Assembly: GCA_964247055.1 (NCBI GenBank)
Contig: OZ176053.1
Span: 7,626,001-7,690,000, forward strand
Length of the DNA: 64,000 nucleotides
Direction of reading: 5' to 3'
From: Paragordius varius
Taxonomy: Eukaryota > Animalia > Nematomorpha
Shown here: piece by piece, positions 19,827 to 34,300 of the stretch
Layout: every line of letters starts with the position of its first letter
Numbering within the stretch: position 1 is the first letter of the stretch
Made by a program: the position numbers and the translations under genes
Notes under the pieces: generated by a model
The model's database searches: none
Told to the model about the DNA's origin: nothing
Seen by the model: the letters and a program-made list of their open reading frames with translations, nothing else

Positions 19827-22395
19827 TTTTCAACGAATTTATTGGAAATGCAAACACTACTGTGAAAAAATAAAATAAAATTATGTCATATGGTTAGGCG
19901 CATGATTGAGAATAGAGCTATTTAAATTCAATGGAAAAAGCTAACCATGCTAAAAAGGCTCTCAAGTCTAAATTATTGGATGAGACTCAAAGATTATTAG
20001 CAAGAAATGATCGTAATCAAGATTCCTTTTCTGTCATAGTAACAGGTTTTGTCTTTTTAAATAAAATTGGTGTCAAATTAATCCAATAATGTTATAATGT
20101 TATATTTTTAATTCATTATCTTGGCAATTTTTACGTTTAACAGTGTAATTTATGTAACATTTTTTGTTAGGTGCCTAAGCCGAAAAGCGTTGATCTTATT
20201 GTCTTCATTTTTTATTTATTGATTTTATTGAATTTTAATCCCATATCAATGTTATCATTCCATGTAACATAGTGATGATAATGATGTTTATTCAAACAAT
20301 TATTATTTATATGTAAATTTTTCCCCATATCAAATTATCTTTTCAATTGTTCTTCGGCGCACATTTTTAGTTTAATTTTTTGTAATTAGAATCAAAGGCG
20401 CCTCAACCATTATTTACTATTGGGGATATTTTGCCCAAACCAGAAAACAGTAAAAATTTAAAAACAATCCCTACTAATTTCCCCAAAAATGGTAATAAAT
20501 CAAATCAAAATGTTAGCAATCTAATTCATCACGTATCCTCACCTCCCCTATCTTTATCTATGGCCAAAGCTACGAAATATCACGTCCTGAGAAATAAATC
20601 GCAAACTAAAATTAACAACAAGTAATTTATGACGTCTTTTTACCGTGTTTTTTGCTTTCCTTTTTTTGCGTAATTTAAAATTTTCATAGTTGAAATGTAG
20701 TTAAACCAGCATTTAACATTTATTTATTTTATATATTTTTATATAATATTTTAAATGTGTGATTGATATAATATATATTAATTATAAGGCCAACATTTCT
20801 CATTTTTTTAATGTTAGACATTAGCAAATATTTTTATGGTATATTATTGTATTAAGAATATTTAATATATTATACCTTTACAGTGACAGGACAGCTAAAA
20901 CTGATTGAATATTTTGACAGTTTCGTTGGAATAATATTAACACTTTTTTATTTCAAATACTATCAATCTTATGGTTTAGATCATTTATATTAAATAAATA
21001 TGGATATGTTCAGATTTTTGATTGGTTAAGTACTTTGAATCAATCAATAAATTATGCACGTAAGGTAAGAGGAATAATGTGTTTCTTGCATATATCGAAT
21101 TAATTCTCCTTCCCTTGCGTTAACTTTTCCCATAATTCTAGGAATTATAATAGTTTTGTATTTTGTGCACAATGCATTATTTAAATTGATAAGCAGCGAA
21201 CAAATAAATATATACATACATATAATAAAATTAATGGAATAAAGCATTAAAAATATATGTATCAATATAACAAGTGTTTGATTTTTGCCTCCAAAAAAAA
21301 CCTGATTTACATATATGATTGCATAGGAGGAATTTTTTGCATAACAACAAAAAATAATAACTAGCTTAAAATTAAATTTTAATTTATGCACAATAATATA
21401 CCATACTATCCAATCATCTTTTATGTTAATTTGATCAAAAGTTAAAAACATTATTATACATATAGGAATAAATAATGTGTTACCTATGCCAAAAATAGGA
21501 ATACATTCTTTATTATTGAAAGAGATAGAATATATATACAAGTGTGTGCATTTTGAATATATGAATATGGTTTTTACCCCCACAATACATAATTAGTTTT
21601 AAATTTAATTATATTTTTTTTGATTCTTTCAAATTATTTATATCATATATTATATTATAATTTGTATTCTTTAATAGGAATATAATGATTTAAAGATTTA
21701 ATTATTTAATTACATTTAAATGTCCACACCTTGACTCAATTCTTATCAGTAAACGACTCTATATAATTGGTATGTTTATAATATTAAATTTTATTATTTT
21801 CAGTTTTTCAAGTAACATTACATCGTTTAAATTTTATTTGATAGATAGTATTTATGATAAATGAAATAGTTTACCTAACTATGATGTGTAATTATTTTTT
21901 TGATAATATCAAATTTATTATGCTTTGATGTTTATATGTCGGCTTTATAACACAGTGTCCTTTATGTACTATTTTTCTTACCTGTTATGACTACACACCA
22001 TTGTTTTTTATGGTTTTAAATAATATTATAGATTGGACGATAGACTACTGCTACTACCACATTTTTCCGCGTTAATAATAAACTAATGTGAAATTTAGCG
22101 GTCCGCATTTATATGTGTTTGTTACCAAATTGAAAATCAAGGTGATAATAACTTTTATTAAGTTAGTTAGTTAGTTGGTTGGTTGGATAGTTGCTTGATG
22201 GTAAAAAAGTTTTTTTTTCATATATTTTTCCCCTTCTTATATACTACTGACTTTTTATTTCCTGATTTATGTTTTATGTATGTGTGACAAAGCTAGATTT
22301 TTATCACTGTAATATACTTATCACTTCGGATTCATATATATTTGTTGGCATTTGATTGATTTGCATTGTTTTGTGCGATTTAAAGAGAATCACAA

Positions 22396-25300
22396 ATGGA
22401 AAATCAAGGCGCTACAATATATTCCGATGACGATGATGAAATGGATGGGGATAGTGTTAATAAAAACCAGACATTATTTGACGAAAAAACTCCATCAACA
22501 ACCCCTAAAACCAACAATACGACTAATTTTCTACCAATAAAAACTGGTGAGAATCGAGAAACAAATATTTCTGGATTACCTTTACCCATGTCTTATATGG
22601 CTGATAATATTGTTGTTAATGATATACGGTCGTCCCCATACCATTCCCATCATTACAATGAGGATTTGGAACGGGAGGGGAGAGAAAAGTTTATTGCACC
22701 AACATTTTTACCCTCTACTCATTACACGGGGCAGAAAATGTTGTCAAGTAATGCTTACACTTCATCCACACACAATAAACGGTATTATCAGGGACGACGT
22801 AAAAGGAAAAAACAAAAATCTTTTCCAATTAGTTTGCCCACAAATCTAGGAGGTAATTTACTTTTATATTTATTCAAAAATGTTGATTACAAATTAAGAT
22901 TATTTATGTTAGAGGCAAAATGCAATTATATAATCAAATTGTTAACAAAGAAAAATATTTGTGATTAGCTATACTTGTTTAAACTTTGATTCGTTTTAAA
23001 TTACTTTAATGATAACAATTATAATTATAAAGTCTGTTTTTTAATTAAGCAACCTGATGTGTTACATAAAAATTAAGGTTTGAAAAGTTTGGTTGCCCTT
23101 TTAAAAAATATTTGCTTTTAGTTTTTACATTTTGTCTTTAAAATTTTAGTTTTGTTGTATTTTAGGACTTAAAATATTACATTGGTCAAACTAGGTGATG
23201 ATTTTCGGATAGAATTTTTTAATATCGTAGCATTTTTTAGATTAAATAAACAAATCGTTAAACCGTGTTTGTTTACTGATAAATATTGATATAGAAAGAG
23301 TCTGGTTATTTTTATGTTAGGTAAATGTAAAATTCTATTTTAAACGCTGAATTAATTAAATTATAAAACTTATATTATGTATCTGAATTATTCAAAAATA
23401 ATTTTATATAAATGATGTATCACACATATGAATTATCATGTAAATTTTTTGAAAGTTTATTTATATTTTTGAAGATAAGCCCGTCCTAAGAAACGTTCCA
23501 AGGCTAAATGTATTTTGTTTAATGAACAGATATGGTTAAATAATTGTTTAAAATTAAAATTGTTAAGAGTATTTTAGTATTTGATATTAAAATGGAAAAC
23601 TTTAATAATTTACGCTCGGATGGGAAAAATACTTTAAAAAAGGAGATTGATATCAGAAATTTTTTAGATATGGTTTATAACAACCAAAAAAATATTTTTT
23701 ATAAACCCATATAACTAACATTTATCATATTATAAACGATAAAAAAGCAAAAATAAAGATATACAAATTTTATCATACGTATAACCTTAATATCGCGTAA
23801 ATTAAATTATTGCCAATGATGGATCCTCTTAATTTAATTAGGTCCGTTTAAACTTTGTTTCATATCATATTGTTAATAAAAAAAATATATCATTGTTACA
23901 TGTTAATATACTTAGCATGACGTTTTGCAATTACATTTTAATTGTTTTGACATTAAAAATGTTCGTGTAAAAAAACAAAAATATTTAATAAATTAAAGTA
24001 TTTCTCAATAAAAAGTCATATTTCGTTCAAAAACATATTACGTTTTGAATTAAAATTAAGCAAAAATAATTTTTACTTGCGAAGAATAAAATTTTTAAGT
24101 TTTTTTTCATTAGTTTGTTAAAATCCATTTTTAATTTTGGTTCTTAAATTTCGTGATCAATAATTTAAATTTTGTATCTAAAAATTATGCAAATATTGTT
24201 TGAGCATATAATTGTTGGTTATATCGATTGGTCCTTGCATATATTTATGAAACTGAATTAACAAATTTCGGACACGTATGCCATAGGGAATAGTTAGGGA
24301 TGTATTGTTTACTATTCTACATGGATATGTGATGTATTCTATTTGGACAAAAATTAAGGTATAACGCTTTTACTTTTTTTGAATACTTCACATATAAAAA
24401 TTTATTCGATTATTCTGCTTTCGGATTATAGATAAGGAAAATCATGATATTGAACTTGAAGTTTTCAATCAAATATCTCTAAAAGAACCACAATTGCAAC
24501 AAGAAAATCAAGAAAACCGCCTTTCCACACAAGAATTGGGTGAGCCAATAAAAGACCTCCCTACCAAGGATATCATTGGTGGTGACATTAAAAAAAGTAT
24601 AAAATTTGCCCCGACTCATAATGATGTCAATAATGGATCTCAGACTTCACCGGTTGATAAACAAAACATAACCACAACATCACCACGCCTCGACAAGAAA
24701 TCGAGTAAAAAGGCAGCTAGCTTACCTGGTAAATAATTACTTTTGCATTCAATGAATTTGTCTCTCTTTATATAATAACGATCTATTTGAATTAAATATC
24801 TTATATAATTTTAGTTTGCACCAGTTATCTTCTAACTTTTTACATAGTTTTTTTTGTCACAGACCACTATTACCAATTACATTGATATAAACTTTTTTTA
24901 TTGCTTCATAAATAGATGTCAAAAATAAAAATTATTATGTTATTGGAAAACGATAATAAATTGGTATTAGTTACAGGTTTCTTCCTTTGAACTTTCCACA
25001 TATATATTACACAATTTAGCTATTTTATTGTATAAAATCTCTGTCCATTTTTTTGTCGTTAAATTTTTATCCATCCACATATTCAATGGTTTTTGTAATG
25101 ATGGAAGTTAACCTATATCAAAAGTATTTTATAACTTACATTAAAATATACAGGAGTATCTAGGCATGAATTAATGCCGGCTATTAGTCGAAGGCTAATT
25201 CGAACCAAACGCTTAGCTAAAAACCTTATGAAAGAAGGGATTGAAAATATGCAAGATACAAAATTTGAACATGCTATTACGGATTTTACTAGCAGCTTGG

Positions 25301-28300
25301 GTCAAACTGTTAGGCATCGTTCAGGTTAAAAATTAATATTTTAATACAGGTGTGAAATCTTTTAATTATTGAATGAATTAATATTCATTTAGATTTAATA
25401 TTATATATATTTATAGCGAATTTTTAGATCGTTTATTAATGTTTTTTGTTAAAAATTAGGCACTATTATATCCCAACTTGCAGTTTTGAAGAAAATGAAG
25501 AAAAAACCGAAAAAGCATGCCGTCAAAAACGTATGATTAATATAATAAAATATTTAGTTTTCAACTTTGAAATGATAACTATCATAATAATCCCTAGTTT
25601 TTAACATACTTGTAAATAAAATCAATTGATAAAGCATAAATTTGAAATCAGAAAAGTTTTATCCTTTTTAAAAATATTTTGCTAGAACATTTGAAAATTG
25701 AAATTTATTTATTAAATAGATGCATCATCACCTTATTTAATATACCATTTGCACTTCAAGAGTGTCCTTGAACACTTCAAGTTGGTCCTTGAACACTTCA
25801 TGTTGGTCCTTAAACACTTCAAGTTGGTCCTTAAACACTTCGAGTTGGTCCTTAGACTTTTTTGTTTTGTTTTTAACTTTTACAATCAAATCGTGTATCA
25901 TTCATATATTTTATCATTTTTAATCTATTCTCTTGATTTAACCATATTTTAATTGAATTTTGATCATTCATACTGTTTTTTATTAAGTTTTTAAAAATAA
26001 ATTAATTTTTAAAAAAATGTCAACATAATTGAAAAAAATATAAGTTTTCTGGGTTTAAATTACAATTTTTCGTTGAAACATTTTTAATTGAATAATATTG
26101 TTGAATCGAAAAAAATTAGTTCGAAACAAAAAATTGGTTTTTTAATCAAAAATATTAACTTTAAATGAATAAATATATTAAATCAATAAAATTAGGTTAA
26201 AAAATTAATAAGATGAATAAATACATGCAAAATTTATGGTTAAATCCAAACTTAAAAAATTCAAGGATTATGAATTGTTGAAGGACCAACTTGAAATGTT
26301 TAAAGACTATATAAAAAATGCCCAAGGACAAACTTGAAATGTTTAAGGACCAACTCTTGAAGTGCAAATGGTATATATAATCTCTACCATTTACACCCAA
26401 ACAATTTCATCACATATATGGTCTTCAATTTTTTTTCTATGTTTTTAGATTTATGTTCAACTTAATCATTTTTACATTTCACCTGAAATTCTTCACGATA
26501 ATTTATCCGTGCATTCGGATATCTCAGTCAATTTTGCTCCATACCTTAAACATGATATGGATTTCGATAATCATTTTGATAATGTCGATATGAACAATGA
26601 AACTGATATGAAAAATGATCAAAACGATTATAATAAATCAAACATGAAAAATGATCTAGTAGATAAAAAACATTTAGGAGTTTGGTTAGAACGGGCCAGA
26701 TGGATAAAATATGAGGAAACTATTGAATGGAGCCTGTTTGAGGACACATATGAATCTGGTCATTGGAGCAAACCGCATGTACCATTCCTATCGTTTTATA
26801 GTTTGTTGGAATTGCGAAAACAACTTAGCATGGGTAAAAAAAGTTTTTTTTAAAAAAAACCGAAGGCACTAATATTTTACGTTTCTTTTTTACATAAATT
26901 AGGTATTGTCATGTTTGACGTAGAATTCGATGATTATGAAAGCTTAATAGCTTACATAACTAATGTCTTGCTAAAAAGGGATTCATTGAATGAAACTGAA
27001 GCTAAACTCTTTCGGAACGCCCTGATGTGCCCATATAAGTAAAATATATTTATCAAGAATGTGCATTTTAAATATTATTAAACTTAAATTCTTTTACATT
27101 AGATTTCCCCAATTTTTTGCCTCCAAATTCTTTCGTACGGGCGTCTTTCAAAACATATTTGGACATCATCATCAGCATCATGGTGTTAATGGGGAATCAA
27201 ATCAACATACGGATGGTACACATAATCCCCTTAAAAAATTTTCATTTTCCACAGCATCTTTTGGTACGCTTAAACGAAATTCAAACAGCAATGCATCCCT
27301 ATCACGAAGAGGTACAAGCAATACAATTAATACAACTGCTAATAATAGTCGAAAAGTTTCACTTAATATACCCTCCAGCAGTACTCTTTCATCCGCTAAA
27401 AATAGTTTGAAAGTCACATTCCGTAAAATATCATCGACACCTTCGTTCGGAAAATTTCGGAAACGGTAAGTTTTTTCAACCGTATATTTAATTGGAATTA
27501 TTTGAAGTTTGCAGTAATCAAATTTATTTATATACTATTTTTTCGTTAACTACAATTTAACTTTGTTATATGTGTAAAAATTCAACAAAACTTAAAAAAT
27601 ACTTAATAGTTACCTCTCTAAAAGTGTTTTAATATAAATTTTACATCAAAATTTTGAATTTTACATAGGTCAAGTAGTAGCATTAAAACAGAACTGTTAA
27701 ATGATAGTCCTGTTGCATTGCAAACGACTTTCGAGAATAATGATGCATATAATGGACAGGAGCCCGATACAAATTCACAAAGCGTTGACAGCTCAGATGC
27801 AAATGCCCACAATAAACGTTTGTCTCTTACACATCAATCACCATATCCCAAAACTACTATTTTACAGGTATCAATATAAAACAACTATATAACTTCTTGG
27901 ATCTTCCTCTATTAAAAAGTGTTTTTTGCATTTTACTTTATAACGGGTTTCGTTTTGCGGCATAATTCATGTAACTTTCCAAAAATTTGGGAAATTAGCT
28001 TATAGTTTCATTTGCCGCATAATTTTCCATTACATATTATTAATAAGGTCATTATCTTTTAACCCCACACTTTATGCCAATGTTTAGGTACCGCGTTTAA
28101 CTAGCATACAAGAAGGCAATCTCGTAAATTTTTCCACCACAAAAGTGGTTCGAAAACGTCCATACGATGATATGGATTCTTCCCTAACACATATTTCCTC
28201 TGCGGATTCTTTAGACGATAGTCATAAAAATTTAAGCAAAGAAAATCTTGAGGGTTCTGCTGAAAGTTTTAAAAAAGGTAAAAAGCGAGCATCAACAGGA

Positions 28301-31300
28301 ACCAAAAAATTAAGTTTTCAAACCAGCCAACGGCAAAGTGATCCTCCATCGCCCACAAAGTCGATCCTTAAGAAAACGTCGCGTTTCCCAAAACTTAGCT
28401 TAGATCAATCTAGGTAAGATTATATTTTATGATTATTTTTATATCTAACATAGAACAAGGCAAAAATATGTGTTAATTAAAATATTAATACATTTATTTT
28501 ACATGCTTAAACTTATTTGCACCAATATTTGTTTTTTTTATCTAACAGACGTTCATCAACAAAAAGAAGTTCTTTGCTCACCACAAATACTCACTATGCT
28601 GATAAAATAGGGTCTGGTATTTTGAATTCATTAGCCGGGGGTTATGACATTTCTAAACGAATCATTCCAGATTCAGAGGGGGCTCTTGTTTTAAGTGGTA
28701 ATTTTTATATTTTTATTGATATATTGTTTGGTGGTTAATTTTAAATTATGCTTGATATAATCCACATTAAATTTGTATAGGTGCTTTGCCATTTCTAAGG
28801 TATGGTCCACGCCGTAAAAATCCGATTTCCGTTTTCGTTCGATTAGATGCTCCAATCATTGTGGACCCACACTCTTTGACTATGATAGATTCCTCTAATA
28901 AGGACCCATCGGTATATAGATATAAATAATATCTTTCCTAAAATTGTTGTAAATACAGAAATATAGTTTATGTTATATACCTATTATAATTTTCACTAAC
29001 AATATTTCTTAGGCGTTAAAAAGTGAAAATATGCAACTTTTGGAGGTATCATCTATACCTATTCGATTCCTATTTATTCTGGTTGGCCCAGCATCCAACG
29101 AATACTTTGATGAGGACGCAGTCGATGAAGAATTCAGTGGTATGAATTATATACATTTTAATTTGCAAATATACAATTAACTAACATACTGTGGATCCCC
29201 TCCCCACAATAAAAAATCAACATAAGTTGGAGATAAATTCATCATTACCATCTTTAGAAACATTTTCCCGGCCCCGTACTCCAAGCTTAGTTTCAGGGAG
29301 CAAAGGTAATCATCAAACCACATTTTTTCCTCCCAATCTCAATACCAATCATAATGGTGGTGCGACATCACGAGAAAAAAGTCCTTCCGTATCAGCTTCG
29401 ATCGGTGATCCTGATGAATTAGATGCATACTTTTCTCGTAAAAGGTTTTATATCCATCATCAAATATGTATATTTATTTAAATTTATTTAAATTTTTATC
29501 AAGTTTAAAGTTTTTCGACGCACGAAAATAAGATATTCCATATGCTGTAGAACATCCACAATATCTCTTATTAATTGGACCAATAAACCCAAAGGATTGC
29601 CTAATTCAAATCAAAGTGGGGCAGCTTTTACAAGTGACATAGATTATTATGATATTGGTCGTTGTTTTTCCACACTTATGGCTAATAAGGTTAGACACTC
29701 TTGAATGTATATTAAGATTTTGTTCTCACACCGATATCAATTAAAAAACATATTATCATCTCATAATTTATAATCAACTTTCAGCTACATATAATCTTTT
29801 TTATATATGTTTTAGTTTTTCCAAGAAATAGCATATCAAGCTACTCATTGTCGGGAACTTGTGCTTGCCTTCAATGAATTTTTGAATGAAAGTATTGTCA
29901 TACCCTCAGGTGAAATTAGCGTTAATACTCTTTTACCATTGTCTCATTTGTACAAGGATCGATTGTCGGGAAATGGTAAACCTCATTTTGGAGGTAAAAC
30001 AAAGTCTATTTTTTTATTAAATTGTTCTGTGGTTAAAACTAAAAAATGTTGTTGCCTTTTTAATAAAATAATGTTGTTGTCTATAAAAATATGAAAAGGG
30101 AAATAATTTTGCTATAATCTATGGATAACTAGATTATAGAGAAATATAATTCTCGCTATATACGTAAAATATTACATAGATACCCAATTAAAATCTGGGA
30201 AAGAGCCATTGACACCCTCTGCAACGCATGAACATGCAAACAAGAGTAAAAATGTTATAAGTCCCGCTATGCCCACAAATTGTTGTCCACCGCGTAAACC
30301 GTTTGCGGGTCTTTGGCAAGATATTTGTGTCAAAGCACTTTGGTATAAATCAGATTTTACTGATGCTCTCAGCATTAAATGCGTCTTAACAATCCTATTT
30401 ATCTACCTAACGTCCGTTATCCCGTCCATTACGTTTGGTGGATTGTTAAGTAATATATAATGCGAATGAATTTTAATATGGGTGTGATCGTACATTATGG
30501 TTTTTCGGCTTGTATGTTTGAATTCCTAAATCTGAAAATTTTCCATAATTACACCCTTAAGCGGTGACTCTCATGGGTTCTGATAATAAAGGAAAGTCAC
30601 CATAAATTGTATATTAATAAAGAAAATGCCAAAAATTTATTTAATAATCTAAAAATATTATTTGGTTTTCATTGTTATAAACGTTCACAAGCCCTTAAAT
30701 TATATAACGAATAAATATATTTTGGAATGCTTTAAAATATTTCATTCTTGATATCCAATCATTAAAATATAAACATATTTTTTACGACATTATCCATTAC
30801 TTAAATTTATGTTATATGTATATATATTTTTTAACATTGATACATTTTAATTCGATTTTAGGTGAGAAAACGGATAATTGGTTAGGTGTAAGCGAAATAA
30901 TGGTTGCCGATACCATAGGTGGGATCATATTTGCTCTTTTTGCTGGTCAACCCTTGCTTATAGTAACCGTTACGGGCCCCTTGTTAGTTTTTGAAGAAAG
31001 TTTATATCAGGTAATGGTTTTTATAATAGCCTTTTTTTATTATATAAATGTTGTATTATTAAATTTTATAATAGTTTACCAAAGCGTATCACATCGATTT
31101 CCTAGCATTTAGAGTGTGGATCGGGGTTTGGGTCGCACTTATTACTATTATAGCGGTTGGGATTGATGTGTGCTTTTTGATTCGATATTTCACGCGTTTT
31201 ATCGAAGAAATATTTGCCCTCACCATTGCATTAGTTTTTATCTACGAAGTGTTCAAAAAAATTCACAAAGTATATAATTAATTTATTTATTCTCATAAAA

Positions 31301-34300
31301 TTTAACAATATATATCATTCGTAATTTAATATATGTTATTTACACCTCTAATTCACCCTTGAGCAATTTGATTTCGCCCTAAAATAAATTTTGTGCTTTT
31401 AAATATTAAAAAATTATATTTTATTATATTTTTAAAAAATATATTTTTTAATAAATTAATATAATGCTGAAATAAAAAATTAGGTCATAAAGAAATATTT
31501 TATAATAATGAACAGTTATATTAGCCCCAAAGCACATAATTTATTTTTAGGGTAAATTTGAATTGTTCGAGGTTTAATTTGAGTTGTAATTGGTATATAT
31601 TAGTTAATTTAGCTATATTTTTTATAATGGAACATTTGTATATAAATGATTTATCGTTCAAATTCACCCTCGAACAATTCAAATTCGCCATTAAATAAAT
31701 AATGTGTTTTTTACGATTAAAAATTACCTTTATTTCTTAATATTTAAAATCAATATAATGCTGAAAAAATAATAAAATCGTAAAAATATATTTCATATAA
31801 ATGATATTATATTAGCTCGAAAACACATAATTTATTTTTAAGGTGTCTTTGAATTGTTCATGAGTGATTCGAATTGTTCATGGGTAAATTCGAATTGTTC
31901 GAGGGTGATTTTGAATTGTCAAGGGTAAATTTGAAAAATGGTATATTAAAATGTAAATAATTTGTTATGATTGGCTTTAAAATGACTATATTTCACTTCA
32001 TGTGGCTTAAATATGTGGAATAAGTATCATAAAGTTATTATCATAGTTTTTAAGATTTTTTAATCCGATACATCGTATAGGTAAAATATGTCTATAGTTA
32101 AATCAGAGGCAAAGTACATATTGCCGTTTATAACGTAACGTTAGTGTTCTGCAATCTATTGAATGAAATATTAAAATAGTTATACATTTAAATCTAAAAC
32201 AAGTTTAACAAAATTTAAGTATATCATATATCAAAAGTAGATGCTTTTTTACATTTATTTTGACATATTTTGGATATATCTTAATTTATTTTTAACTTTA
32301 TAGCTGTTTAAATCGTACCCTTTGATACCAGAGTATTGTCATTTGAGCATACAACCCGGTCCCAAGATTGATAATAAAAGTTTGGTCGCCTTCGAAAAAA
32401 ATCTCATGTTAACACAAAGTTATATCCCATTACAAACGCATTATTATGAATATAATAATTATTATTATACGCCAAATACCATTATGAATAAACCTGTTTT
32501 AATACCCCTGAAAATGGATACAAAATTCAATTATACCGATTATGAAATTATTACGTCCAACAATGCTTCAACGGGGCTTGTTATGGGTAATTAAAGAGAT
32601 TTTGCAAATAATCATATCTGTATTATTAGTTAATTACACTAAATTATGAAATTACACAGACAAAAGATAAATATTTTTGTGGAAGATTTACAGCCATACT
32701 TTTTCAAACCTTGATTTTTTCCTACATAAGCCATTTAATTTCAATTTTGAATTGTATAGTTGAGTGAATTTATAATTTACATCTCTAAATACCCAAACGA
32801 TGAGTTATATTTGTCTTTTAGTTCTTACTTTTTGTCCCTAATACATCATTTTTAGGAGTTAAAGGGAGTCAATATTCTTATCCGGTGAAAAGATCCTTAC
32901 CACAAATCCAAGAAAATCTATCTCATCCGGTCGATAAAGGTAAGCAAATTGCATCAAAATTAGCAATCGATAATGCGGAAGATGGTGCATCACTTATAAT
33001 TCCTCGTTTATTTTATCAACCTCAAGAGAATCCGGTTATGGAAGCAAATACTTCGACCAATCTCTTTAAGATAAGGAAGAAAGATAAAAATAAAAGTAAT
33101 AAGCATGACACTAATGTATCAACTATGCATTTAAGTCACGAAAAAAATATGCAAACGTCAAATTATTATGACAATATTCCATCATTACAAAATACTACTA
33201 AAACATTGGAAAACAACGGTACCAAAAGCTCACAACACAAGCTCAATTTTTATCAGGGTTCTCTTAAACAATACCACAATTACTTTTATGAATTTGAAGG
33301 TATACGCATATTATTGTAAATTAAAATATATATTTTATTTTAATATAAATCCTCTAACGTTGATTAGTCGCTCCAAAAATTTAATTTAAATGGCTCTTAT
33401 TAACCGTCATTACTTTATTACGTATTAGTTTTATTTTAAGATTTAACTAGGACAGATTTTTATTTTGGCCGATATTATTTTTTTAGAGTTTTTATGCATG
33501 GTGTTTAAAGTGACTTCTTTTGACACCAACAATAAACTATATTATTTTTTCTTAACCAAAAAAAAGTAACTAACTAATAACACGTTAATTATATAGAAAC
33601 TGCATCTTATTATCGAAACTCCAAGTTTGCCTATGAATCATCCAACCGTTCTAATGCTGCTTTATTTCATCCTAAATCACGTGTCAGATCACACCAAAGT
33701 ATATTATGGTCAACACAACAAAAAGATGTACCATATAATTTTACGTTTTTCTATACACCGGTATTACCGTATCACGATATAAATTTCACCCGATTATACG
33801 CTGGTGTTAATCAAGCCCCTGATGGACATCTCATCCTAGACCGAGATTTTAAACGCGTCAAACTCGTAAGGCCAAACACTGCACTGTATGGGACACTGTT
33901 GATACTTGCTACATTTTTCTTGGCTTACTTACTGCGGAGTTTGGGTGGGGCATCGGCTAACCCCTCATCATCCAGTTATTATAGAGCAGGTAGGTAGGGT
34001 GGTGTTAATTGGAAAAATATGTTAAGAGTATATAGTAAAATTAGTTCTGGACATTTTTAAACTTTTTTTGTATATTTTAGAAGTAATCGTAAATTCATGT
34101 TTTAAATTTATTCTATCAGTGCTTAAAATGACATCCAATAAAAATTAATAAATACTAACTTAAATTTGCCTTAAGTTTAAATTTTTAAAAAATGATGATT
34201 GTTTGTAATATAATTTATTATTAAAAACTAAATATTTCTCATTGTGAATTTTCATTATTTTATTAACCTCTTAAACCTTATATGTGATTTATTTTAATTT

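Noticed and set aside
21044-21583. 179-aa ORF between the divergent SLC4 genes
   Set aside because: I/F/Y/K/N composition typical of chance ORFs in extremely AT-rich DNA; no motif; non-ATG start.
25749-25952. ORF with heptad repeat HFKLVLE/K resembling a coiled coil or leucine zipper
   Set aside because: It is the translation of the 21-bp subterminal repeats of a family B MITE inside an intron.
29140-29257. Apparent non-canonical (GT-AC) intron end near 29186 in SLC4 paralog 2
   Set aside because: A canonical in-phase acceptor ccatctttAG exists at 29257.
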